Shown here one piece after another: positions 52,466 to 64,000 of a stretch of 64,000 nucleotides of DNA (the first letter of the stretch is position 1; the number at the start of each line of letters is the position of its first letter). Source of the DNA: Dendrobates tinctorius (Eukaryota); the NCBI RefSeq assembly GCF_039654945.1, contig NW_027361705.1, positions 16,864,001 through 16,928,000 on the forward strand, in the 5' to 3' direction. The notes under the pieces were generated by a model that saw only the letters and a list, made by a program, of their open reading frames with translations, searched no databases and was not told where the DNA came from. A program made the translations under genes and the position numbers.

Positions 52466-54482
52466 TGTAGGTAAAAGCAGGTTCGCAGGATGCAGTGACG
52501 AGACGCGAGACTGGTTGAATTTTGAAAAGCAAACTTTTTATAATTTAATGCCGCTAGGGCTATACTAAGCAACCAAAAAGGGGAAACAACAGTTGTCCTC
52601 GCAGGGACTCAGAGCAACCAAACACTATTTGAAAAGAACATGACTAAACCGGTCGAGGCCGGTTACTATGGGGCCACGGTATGGCCGTCTACAGGTCCTT
52701 ATACTCTATAAAGTCACTTATCCGTCCTGACGTCCCTCGGCGCCTCTGTGGAAGCTGCGTTGTTGATGAAGATGCTTTGGCGTCTTTGATAAGGCTGTTC
52801 TGGCGTCTTTGATGAGGCTGCTGTGGCATCTTTGATGAGTCTGCCTTGGCGTAGCAGCCGCTGGGCCCAGCAGCTGCAGATTTGGAGTAGTCTTCGGGTG
52901 CCCCAGCGCCCAGGAGGAGTTGGGGCACAACAGGCCCTGATGGAGTCCTGAGATGGAGTAACCCCCTGTTGAAACAGCGGGGTTGCGCTTTTTAGCGAGT
53001 TCAATGGGACTCCTGTCCCCAAGCAGGGTTGTGCCGCAGTGCTCAAGAGTGGAGGTTTACTGGCCATGCGCACAGCCTGAGGCTGTGGGCAGAGTGTCTC
53101 TGTTGATGAGGAACAGGCCCCAACTGCCGACTGCAACGGGGTTAAGGTGGCTGTGTGCGGTGAGACAGGCCGCAACCACGGGCTGACGTGAACCGGAGTG
53201 TCCGCGGGTGGCAGCGGGCAGGCCGCAACCGCGGGCTGAAAGGGAATGGCAGCAGCCGGGAGGGGAAGCAGACAGGCCGCGGAGGGCTCGAGCTTAGCGG
53301 TAACGGCCGAGGATGACCGGGGGCAGATTGTAACCCGGGATTGGGGTGAGGAGACAGTCCTGTTGTGAGTTCATTTTCCCCTTCACTACTGAGGCCCGAG
53401 GAACTCCCTCTTCTGGTGAAGAAAGGTAGTGAGCCTGATTGTCAAACACCTAGGGCTGATGATGATGACTGGCTGAGTGGAGTTAATGACTGGATATAAG
53501 GCTGCCGACGCCCTTCTGGCCTGCGGGTGATTTCTCTGTGGACTTCTAGGAAACCAGTCTGATTCCTGCTCATCTAAAGCTAAGATTTCTGCTTTGCCTT
53601 TTTGCATTAGTGTTTTGTTTTCCTTGCTTTTCTGGATTCTGCCATTCCCTGCTGGGGTGAGCTGAATCTCCTTTTGCCTGTTGCTCTGTCTTCAGAATAT
53701 TCCTGAGTACTGACATAGCTTTTTTGAAGCCTAGCGTCTTCAGGGCCTTTTTTACTGTCAGTTGGTTGGCTCTTATTTTCATAGGGTTTTTCACGGATTG
53801 CAGACAGCAGCCTTTCTGTCCTTTCCTATCTAAGCTAGCGTGGGCCCCATCTTTGCTCGGTCTATCTTTCTGTCTGTGTTTTGTTCTTTCTTCTTGCTTC
53901 ACCGTCATTATATGTGGGAGGCTGCCTTTTGCTTTGGGGTCTGCTCTGGGTCAGTTTAGATTTCCCTTTCTGTCTTTAGGCTATGTAGTCCTCCGGCTGT
54001 GATCGAGGGGCCTAGGGCATCGTAGGAGCCTCCTATGGCTACTGCTAGTTGTTGTTGATAGGTTCAGGGGTCTGCAATCCGATAGCTGCCAATTTGTCTG
54101 GTTTTCTGGACTTAGCTAGCATTTCTATTTTTGCCTCCTACGGTGACTCAATCATAACACAGTCCCCTATCGGTAAGCTCAGGGCATCTCTTTCCTGAGG
54201 GCCACTGCGTATCTCTCTCTGCTGCTGGTCTCTTCTCTGAACTGTCAGTGTCCTTCCCGCTCTCTCACACCTCCTCCGTCTCCTGCTCCGTGCCTGACGT
54301 ATCACCAACTGCCTCCTCTGCGCGCTTCCTGCCCCTTTTATACTCGCCCCTCCCCTTGCTGTCCTGTCACTCTCAACAGTCCACTCTCCTCCTCTGTCCC
54401 CCGGGTACTGTTTCCTTAGGAACTCAGATGGCGGTCCCCTTGGTTCCGGCCCGGACACTCTGTGGGGGTCCTCCTCCCTACA
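52466..54482 (-). mobile_element. Solo LTR (~1.2 kb) containing a second nested solo LTR
   Basis: TGTAGG...CCTACA termini. 4-bp TSD gtgt / ttgt. TATAAAA on the minus strand near 54336-54342. Confidence 0.72.
53361..54159 (+). mobile_element. Nested solo LTR (799 bp)
   Basis: TGTTGTGA...TCATAACA termini. Flanking direct repeat CAGTCC at 53355-53360 and 54160-54165. Confidence 0.78.
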
Positions 54483-54499
54483 TTGTGATGGGGGCCTAA

Positions 54500-55766
54500 G
54501 CCCATATGCACACAGTCAGTATTTAGTGACTATTTTATAGTCACTAAAGTCACTTAATACTGAGGTATTTCTAAGCCAAAACCAGTAGTGGGTGATAAAT
54601 ACAGAAGTGGTGACAAGTTTCTATTATACTCTTCCTCTGATTTTTCCATTCCTGATTTTGTCTTACAAATACTGAGGTAAAATGCTGAGCAAATACTGAA
54701 CGTATGAACATGGCCTAAGTGATTGAGTGATGCAAGGTGAAAGAAACATAGATGCTGTATGCTAGCGCTGTAGGAATGCACCATTTCAGATAACATTTGC
54801 TGTAGCTAGAACTATAGTACAAAAAGCAATTTTGCAGATGTTTTAAGGTCATGTCCATATGTTCAGTGTTTTACCTCAGTATTTGTAAGCTTAAACCAGG
54901 AGAGGAACAATCAGAGGAAAAGTACAATAAAAACTCGTCACTACTTCTGCATTTCTCACTAACTTCTGGTTTCAGCTTACAAATACTGAGGTAAAATACT
55001 GAACGTGTGCACGTGACCTAAGGGCTCATACTCACTTGCGAGAGACTCGCACAGTTATTGTGCGAGTCTCTCGCATGAAAACCTGGCACTGCCGCCGGAC
55101 CGGAGCGTGTGGCAGCATAGAAATACATGTAGCGGCAAGTGAGCATGAGCCCTAATAGTGATAATTTAGGCACAGACTTTGCTTCCCAAAAAATGGCAAT
55201 AAAACTAAGAAAATGTTGTCGTCCTCCATTAAACTAGCAGATAATGAAACCATTTGCAGTGTCTGGTCATGAAGACCTAAAAATATCCTGGAAACAATTT
55301 GGCTTAGGCCAGGGTCACACTTGCAACTGCAATGCGAGAAATTCACGCGAGTCTCTCGCCTCAATAACCGGCACTGCCGCCGGCACTCAGGACCGAAGTG
55401 TGCGGCTGCATGTATTTCATGCACCTGAGCATTTCGGTCCCACGTGCCGATGGCAGTGCTGGGTATTGCAGCGAGAGACTCGCGCAAGTTTCTTGCATTG
55501 CAGTTTCAAGTGTGACCCTGTCTCACAATCATATATGTAATAATTATCAGAAAACACTATCCCATCTCACTAAGATGACGTTCACACGTCCAGTATCTGG
55601 TTGGTATTTTACATCAGCATTTGTAAGCCAAAACTTGGAGAGGAACAATCAGAGGAAGAGCATAATGGAAACACATCACCACTTCTGTTTTTTTACCTGC
55701 TCCTAGTTTTGGCTTATAAATGCTAATGTAAAATACTGACCAAACACTGTATGTGTGGACATGACC
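54500..55766. mobile_element. Cluster of five short Harbinger-type MITEs (54500-54715, 54847-55018, 55022-55152, 55307-55523, ~55574-55766)
   Basis: Each has its own GG...CC-type TIR and TAA or TTA flanks. The TAA sites at 54497-54499 and 55019-55021 are shared by neighbouring elements. Confidence 0.72.
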
Positions 55767-55892
55767 TGTGGGCATCAGGCACATCATCGATCAGTTTAGC
55801 CACTTGCCTCCACATTCAATATTTATTTTTGTATTTTCATTTTTTGCTCCCTTTCTTCCATGAGTCATTAGTTTTTTTTATAACATTTTAGT

Positions 55893-57265
55893 TAACATGT
55901 GTATCCTCCCTGGAAACCAAGTAAGAGGACAACCACCTATAAGCTACCACAGATTGGCCACAAACATTGGTCATAGTTCTGGCACCTCAACAGCTATTTC
56001 ATGTTGTCATAGGCTTCTTTCATGTGAACAACACAACCAATTGGAATTGAAGGTAGCCTGTCGCCATTATGCAGAAATATGGCTGTTAGGCTTGTTTTGG
56101 ACTAATTGATGAAGAGTCTCCATTCCTCTGCATTATGACTTATCTTCACATCTTCCTTTGAACTGTTAATGCTGTTTCATACCACAAAATCACCTTCCAT
56201 GAAGAAGGCTTGGACTAGATTATATCACCATGGCGGAACAAAGAAATCTGAACATCACCCGTTAGGAGATTTCTCCACTGTAGCCTGGAACCTAAGAGCT
56301 TAGCTTTACCCTTGGGCAGATCCAAATCCCTAACAAGATTGTTCAGCTTTGTGTTATAAAGTGTTGTTCAGCAGAGGCTGCTGACATAGAGTCTGGATCA
56401 TGACTGGAAGATGCTTCATTACACTAAGTGCCCTCTTCTTCCTCACTTGACTCTGACTGAAAATGTTTCTGGTGCTTTTGGAACCGGCAGTTCTTCTGTA
56501 CCTGGTAGTGGGCATATTGCAGATGGAATGTTTGGATTCCGTAATGTCAACTTTTTCTTCCTTGAACCTCCTTTCCTAATGGGGGACTCCACGCAGAAAC
56601 AGCAATTGCTATTGTGATCAGTGGTCTGTGTCAAAATCATAGGGACTACAAAAAGCACAGATTGCCTCTTCCCTTGCAACCACTGGGTAAGTTAGGATGC
56701 ACACCTATTTGCAGCATATGTGTGGAGACCAACTTTTGTCTTGATTTCCTATTCTGCAGAACAAATACAGGTTGTAGGCTTTCCTTGACATGGTAGTCAA
56801 GTTTCACCTTTGTGACACAAAAGTGACTTTGTTAATGCAAGAGCAAGGCATAGCTGAAAAAAAACATATAGAATGATGTCAATGTGCTAAGAAACTAAGC
56901 TAAGAATTCTAGAACTGTATACCAGAGAGCATTTATAAAAGTAGGTGATGCAACTGTAATTGGGATTACTTCATAAGAGCCTAGTTGGCTTTTTTTCATT
57001 GGTTACACCAGGATGATAGAATGCTGAATAAATAGATGATGTAATAGACTAGCTACTAACAATGCAATAATGATGATGAAATAATAAAGATACAATTTTT
57101 CTTTAAGACGACGTTAAAGGAGTCATAAATAATTGCAACCTCCTCTCTGGATTTTGAAAATTAGAGCCAATCAGCAAATTTAAGCATCATATTTGTTTTT
57201 AGCACCACAAAAATATTTGAGTTCATCCGTTTTTGTCTCTGAACCAATTTGGCTATAGAACAGTG
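55893..57265 (-). mobile_element. Chapaev3-type DNA transposon remnant (5' end plus degraded N-terminal transposase, ~55893-56860)
   Basis: Minus-strand peptides QDKSWSPHICC, FVVPMI..TDHNSNCCFC..PNIPSAICPLP..ELPVPKAP and LNNLVRDLDLPKGKAKLLGSRLQ. Putative terminus CACTG at 57261-57265 (minus strand) next to TAA. Confidence 0.75.
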
Positions 57266-58419
57266 TAATTGTAAGTGGGAACCAGATGTAATATAATGAG
57301 AATATAGATAATTAATCATCTATGCAAATTTTTTTAATGTGTTATTTTATACTGTCAAATGGATATGATTCTCATCATTGTTGACATAGCATCCTGAAAC
57401 ATTTTCACATCTCTAATCGAGGAAAGATCTGATAATCATCACTCTAATTTTACATATAAAATTATAAAATGATACAAACCTGCAGGCAAATGTACTACAC
57501 TAACACAGCGAGAACAAATAAAGACATGATGAGTGACAGATACTATAGTGAATAGTATAAATTCTGTTGATTATATGTGGGACCAGGCTATTTTAACAAG
57601 GAACTGCCAGGCAATTTATGGAATCTGATTTGATTGCCCATAAAGCAATGAAGTGGACTTCAGCTTATAAAACAGTGATTACATTTATAGATAACATGTT
57701 TCAAGAGTTCCAGAAATATGAAGGTATATTTGTCTGTGCACAGTCATTATAGTACAAAAATCCATTATGAAGTAGTCACAGTTTTAAAGGGATAATGTTA
57801 ACTTAGTATTTATTATGATATTCTTTAAGGATAATGATAAGTCTGACTTAAATGAGTGCTTACAGGGGTATTTCAATCAAAGACATCTGTCATATTCCAT
57901 ATCTAGTACCTACATCAATGCCAAGAATGTGACTTCTACAGCTGGTATGGACCTATGACGTGGAACCAACCACCTCCAGGTGGAGGTTAAATGTGCGTGA
58001 CTCTCTCTATTCTCTTCAAAGTAAGACAAATAACTCAGCACTCTATTATGGGATATTGTTGCCAAAGGAGAAACCAATAACCAGAAGGTGCCTCCCATTC
58101 TGCTAGACGCAATTTGCCTAGGTATTACTCATGGTAGCAGGCATAAACCACTGCTGCGGCAGCTTCAGGGTAATTGTGGATGATAACAGGAGATAAATGA
58201 AGGTTTCTAAAGCTGACCCTGTGATGTGTTGGATCATAGACCACTGTAAGTGGAAGCTCCACTATTCTGATGTTAGAGTTTGGGTATGGCCATACCATTC
58301 AGCACAGCCGAAGATCCACCCAACCGGCCGGACAAATGGTCACATGATTATGAAAGACCATCATGTGGCAATTGGGCATCACAATAGGTGGGGTCTGGCT
58401 TAATGCAGTCAACCGCACC

Positions 58420-59499
58420 GGTGGCACCCCAGAGTCTGGTTGCCATAGTGACATTGCCTCCCTCTAAGGGGTGATGTCATGCCTGGAGGCAGGAGGGGGG
58501 TCCCTATGCCAGATAACACAGGTTACATGACAATTCCTGCTGCAGGTCAGAAAGGGGAGCTTCCTTATAAATTCTGGCCAGCAGGTGGGGTAGGTGAGTC
58601 AGTAAGAAGTCAGCTGAGAGAGTAAACAAGGGAGTTGTCATGGAAATGGAAGCAGCTGAAGCTCATGACAAGACAGTTAGACACAGTTGAAGTTGGTCTG
58701 TGAAGAGGAAAGGGACAAGAGCAGAGACAAGAGGCTCTGGGGGAACAAAAATTGCATATAGCTGACCCCAGAGAAAAGCGCTGATATAAAAAGGGATGCC
58801 AGAGTCCTTGGTCCTTGGCTGGGCAGGAGCTGTACGCCCTAACAGCCGAATCTGGAGTACAGGGGACTGCAAGTTCCTTGGACACATTGAATACCTGAAG
58901 GCAAAGCAGCAGACCAAGAGCCCGGAGCTGACAGTGAAAAGGACAGTACCCGTGATATAGGTTCATGCTCTCAGTCATGCAGGTTAGAGATTATCACGCA
59001 GGAGAGGGCCGCAGCTTAGCTACAAGCAGCAGGAACCCGAAAACAGAGCACAGAAGGAAGGTCCCCAACCCCACCTGGCAGGGTGGATCCCCTGAATGCC
59101 TCCAGGCCAGCCGGACTCAATCTCTCGTACCCCACATTGCAACTACTTTCAAGTAAAAGGTAAAGAAAACTGCACCTCTCTGTGTCCTTCACTTATTCTC
59201 TGCACCCTAACGTTCACCACCATCTGAACAATCAAATATATTTGCCCTGGGGGGCGCTCTACCCGTGGGGAGCTGAACCATCTTTGCTGCGTCACCATCA
59301 GCCTCAGAGGACCAAAACCGCAGCGTCAGCCACCCATTGCCGAACACCACGGGGAGCGTCACAATTAAACACCACGTAACTATCCTCTATTTAATTACTG
59401 GATGCCCGGGGCCACGGACCGGGTCACTACCACGACATCCTCTTTTGAGAGCCTGACCGGCCTGGTACCGAGTAACCTAAGGCCCTGTGGGGCGCTCCA
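58420..59499 (+). mobile_element. Solo LTR related to the 11278/14147 LTRs
   Basis: Shared termini (gtggcaccccagagtctggttgcca ... gagcctgaccggcctggtaccgagta..ggggcgctcca). 4-bp TSD CACC (58416-58419, 59500-59503). Confidence 0.82.
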
Positions 59500-60428
59500 C
59501 ACCGTCTCGCCATACCTTTAATAGGAGTAACAATCTCACAAAGAGCATTTGTATCTGTGCTTCATCAATCCATATTTCATGATCTGTATATGGTCCATGG
59601 GACATCTATGTTGGTACCCGTCCTTCCTTTTTCTGCTTCTTTTGTCAGGGGGTGTTACACTCTTGTTGCGGGCGATGTGAGGTGACAACTCTAGTTCTGT
59701 GTCCTCTGGTACATGTAGTTATGTTTATACTGGAAGATCAGGAGTTAACTTTTCAGTGTTTGCTTCCTTCCATGTGGCCTGGTTGGGGCTGAAAGCCTGC
59801 AGTCCACTGTCAGTTATACTTTGACTTGATCCTAGAGAACTTCTCAGTATCCTGCTTTGAATCCCTGTACACATTCCTGATTTTCATTGGGGCTCATTTT
59901 TTGACTACTCTTTTGCCTTTTGATTTTGTGCCTGTACAATCCTCCTGGTTCTAACACAGATACCAGATTACTCTACTTGCCAGCTTGCACCACCGAATGG
60001 CAGCTAATTCCGTGTCACCAAGCTAGGGGTCTCTGTTACGTATAGATCCCTGCATTGGGGTTAAAGGGTGAGGGCCTGCTGGTGGTGGCCCTCTTTAGAG
60101 AAGTCAAGCGACCATGAACAATGCTTTCGATGCAGACCACAAACTCTTGACTGCAGATTATATGATGAACTGAGTCATGATTTCTATGGCAGTAATATGT
60201 GAGCTCTTAAGAGGAAGATGATTTGGATATTAATGATTATTTAGGGAATATTTGGTGGTATTATATGGGATATAATGGCATCATTTTTAGGTACTAAATG
60301 GCCAAATATGGTGGAAGTTACTGGTACAACTGAGCAAAAATGATACAATTTCTTAAAAACCCCTCCATGGAGAAAACGCGCAACCAAAATTTTTGAAAAT
60401 GAGTGTTTCATTTATGTTAAGTCAGAAG

Positions 60429-62529
60429 TAGTGTTGAGCATTCCGATACCGCAAGTATCGGGTATCGGCCGATACTTGCTGTATCGGAATTCCGATACCG
60501 ACTTCCGATATTTTTTCAATATCGGAAGTCGGCATCGGAATCGGAAGTTCAAAGTTGGAAATTCCCACGCAGCAATGGCATAGTGAGACTAGGGACTTTT
60601 TTTATTTTTTAAGTGGCGGAGGAATACAGTGCGGAAGGATACCTACCTTCCGTCATTGGATTCCTGCAGCCCGTAGAGAACGGCAGCAACAGCTGATGCT
60701 GCAGTTCTCTACCCAAGATCGTCGTGGGACACACTCGTGGACTGCTTCGGATCGTGGGTGAGTATTTTTGTGGTTTGTTATGTTAATATTTATTCCGTAA
60801 AAGACAATGGCTTCGGGGAACAATGTGACAAGTATTGGTAAGTATGTTACTCTATGTTATATGTACTGTATGTCTATGTATGTATTGTATGAATGTATTG
60901 TATGTAGTATGTATGTAGTATATATGTGGTATGTATGTAGCATGTAGTATGTATGTAGTATGTATGTAGCATGCATGTAGCATGCAGTATGTATGTAGCA
61001 TGCATGTAGTATATATGTAGTATGTATGTAGCATGTAGTATGTATGTAGCATGCATGTAGTATATATGTAGTATGTATGTAGCATGTAGTATGTATGTAG
61101 TATGTATGTAGTATGTATGTAGCATGTAGCATGCATGTAATATGTATGTAGTATATATGTGGTATGTATGTAGCATGTAGTATGTATGTAGCATGCAGTA
61201 TGTATGTAGCATGCATGTAGTATATATGTAGTATGTATGTAGCATATATGTAGTATGTATGTAGCATGTAGTATGTATGTAGCATGCAGTATGTATGTAG
61301 CATGCATGTAGTATATATGTAGTATGTATGTAGCATATATGTAGTATGTATGTAGTATGTATGTAGCATGCATGTAGTATATATGTAGTATGTATGTAGC
61401 ATATATGTAGTATGTATGTAGCATGTAGTATATATGTAGTATGCATGTTGCATGCATGTAGTATATATGTAGTATGTATGTTGCATGTAGTATATATGTA
61501 GTATGTATGTTGCATGTAGTATATATGTAGTATGTATGTAGCATGTATGTAGTATATATGTAGTATGCATGTTGCATGCATGTAGTATATATGTAGTATG
61601 TATGTTGCATGTAGTATATATGTAGTATGTATGTTGCATGTAGTATATATGTAGTATGTATGTAGCATGTATGTAGTATATATGTAGTATGCATGTTGCA
61701 TGCATGTAGTATATATGTAGTATGTATGTTGCATGTAGTATATATGTAGTATGCATGTTGCATGCATGTAGTATATATGTAGTATGCATGTTGCATGCAT
61801 GTAGTATACATGTAGTATGTATGTTGCATGTAGTATATATGTAGTATGTATGTTGCATGTAGTATATATGTAGTATGCATGTTGCATGCATGTAGTATAC
61901 ATGTAGTATGTATGTTGCATGTAGTATATATGTAGTATGTATGTTGCATGTAGTATATATGTAGTATGAATGTAGCATGTATGTAGTATGTAGTATGAAT
62001 GTAGCATGTATGTAGTATGCATGTTGTATGTATGTAGCATGTAATTTTTTTTTTTTTTTTTACATTCAACACATTAGCCGGATGATGGGACTACTACTGT
62101 CCCATCATTGGCTAATGTGTCAATCACTGTCATGGTAGCAGGCATCACCCGATGGGACTTGTAGTCCCATCGGACGATGCCTGCACAGACCCCCGAAGCC
62201 TGCACAGCCCCCCGGCAGGCCGGCACAGCCCCCCGGAGCCTGCACAGCCCCCCGGCAGGCCGGCACAGCCCCCCGGCAGGCCGGCACAGCCCACCGGAGC
62301 CTGCACAGCCCCCCTGGCAGGCCGGCACAGCCCCCCGAAAGGCCCGTACAGACCCCAGAGAGGCTGTACAAGGGAAAAACAGGATTTTTCTTATTCCGAT
62401 ACCGGAAGTCCCATAGACTTGAATGGGACTTCCGGTATCGGAATCGGCGATACCGATACTTTTTTTTAAGATCGGCCGATCCATTCCGATCCGATACTTT
62501 GAAGTATCGGACGGTATCGCTCAACTCTA
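60429..62529 (-). mobile_element. Non-autonomous hAT element (TACA family), single-arm form with both TIRs
   Basis: tagtgttgagc ... gctcaactcta. Flanks gtcagaag / gagaag resemble a TSD with a 2-bp deletion. Confidence 0.9.
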
Positions 62530-63040
62530 GAGAAGATACAGGTGAATATTAAATATAGCTGGAGCAGTTTTTCACCATAGAATAGTACCATAGAATAGAG
62601 ATGTAAATTCAGCTTTTCTAAATTATGACCAGAAGACCACAATATGTGTGCTTTCAGACAAATCTAGCCTCATAATTAGCCTAAATTAGCCATACAAGAA
62701 AAGCATATAATCTATTATTTAAACAGTGATTTAATCTGCTGTACGATGCACTTTGCCATCCTAATGACACCAGCACCACTGGAGTTTAACAAATGCTTAT
62801 GGTTCCCAGCGTTTATCAAGCAGGTTTAGTTCTGAGACAGCAATAAAGTAGAAGCAATGTCTCTTGGCACATCATCTGTACATTAACATCTATGAAACCT
62901 AAATTAAAGTAAGCAGAGATAAAGATGATGTTCACAAAAGTATGGGATGAACTCAGGAAAATAAATTCATTCAAATTATTTTAAAAAGTTGGGAGCATTA
63001 AAGGGATTCTTGTAGCTCAATGAATTTGTAGAATATTTAA

Positions 63041-63524
63041 AGGAGTTGTCCATTTTGGTACCGATTCATCAAGACTGCTGTTCACTCCAGCCTTGAGGAG
63101 CAGACGTGGTGAAGTCTGATGCCTGATTCATCAAGGAGAATACAACTCTTAATGGTTTTGTCCGGGACTTTAATATTGATTGCCTTTCGTTATGATAGGT
63201 CATCGATATGTGAATCGTGGGGTTGCAACACCCGGCACCCCAACATACAGCTGTTATGCTGCGGAACTGCTCATCTGCAGAGCTGCACAGCTCAGCTCCA
63301 TTGATGAAATAGTAACCACTGCAGGGTACTGCACCTCCAACCCCTGTTGATTTGAAAAGGGGCAGATGTGCATTAGTCATTCGCAACCATTATACAATCA
63401 GAACTGAGCAGTTCTGGGGACAGCTGATAGGTGGGGGTGCTGGGTTTCGCAACTGCATCAATCAGACATTGTGATGATCTATCCTGAGGAATGGTCATCA
63501 ATGTTACAGTCCCAGATAATCCCT
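63041..63524. mobile_element. T2/Kolobok-type MITE
   Basis: TTAA|AGGAGTTGTC ... GATAATCCCT|TTAA with diverged inverted arms. Confidence 0.7.
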
Positions 63525-64000
63525 TTAATGAGATATGCAATATCAAGAAAAATCAGCAAGGCTCACCAATAAAAGGGTAATATTTATTAAACATTTCAAG
63601 ACAAAAAAAAACACTTAAAAAATGTAAAAAGTTGCAATTGACTAGTACCATAGTCCCAACCAGGGCCCCCTGGATTAAGGGAACACTCACCTCCTGCTCT
63701 GCATTACAATATAGTGCTTAAATTCTAGTAATATCTATGTAGAAGAAATGTTGAAAATAGCAATAATCATATAATAAGTATATGCAAAGTAATACTGTAA
63801 TTCCATAAGATTATACCAAACAGTAATATATGGCCATAAGGTATAAAGTGCAGGATATAAAATATGCGAGAACTGAGAATCCAGAATGAATCAGTACAAC
63901 AGTAAAATATATGTGATTGCCTTTTATAAAGAAAATGAATGTGATATGGAAAAAGTAAAAAATAAAAGTAAAAAAATGCAAAAAGGCGCCACCATCATAG

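Larger units (their letters stand above)
51880..54496. mobile_element. Harbinger-type MITE with its right TIR split by an LTR insertion
   Basis: agcctccctcacactaagcga ... tcgcttagtgt[insert]gatgggggcc. Same family as 35104-35763. Confidence 0.75.

Noticed and set aside
58220-60120. Older LTR-like sequence surrounding the 58420 solo LTR
   Set aside because: Termini and TSD could not be paired, so boundaries are unsupported.

Overview
Eukaryotic, repeat-saturated non-genic window. The repeat families are those typical of anuran (frog) genomes; this is an inference. No host exon could be supported. The main elements are: (1) a full-length but mutated L1 LINE (132-6340, 16-bp TSD) nested in a MITE and itself carrying a MITE; (2) a non-autonomous LTR element with a tRNA-Ser PBS (11278-15413) nested in a solo LTR; (3) a near-intact Tf1/sushi-type Gypsy chromovirus on the minus strand (23021-28434) with a self-priming PBS and a -1 frameshift pseudoknot; (4) a family of non-autonomous hAT elements with TACA microsatellites, including a 3.9-kb foldback copy; (5) a 9.3-kb autonomous-type hAT element (40335-49600, perfect 8-bp TSD) encoding a BED-DDE transposase with two nonsense codons. 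There are also Harbinger-type and T2/Kolobok-type MITEs, solo LTRs, a CR1 3' end and a Chapaev3 transposase remnant. The most unusual observation is the cargo of the large hAT element: two satellite arrays flanking the transposase, a ~70-bp-stem hairpin, a diverged second copy of part of its own ORF, and a ~480-bp old, internally deleted 18S rRNA fragment lying antisense to the transposase. All similarities were recognised by eye; no searches were run.
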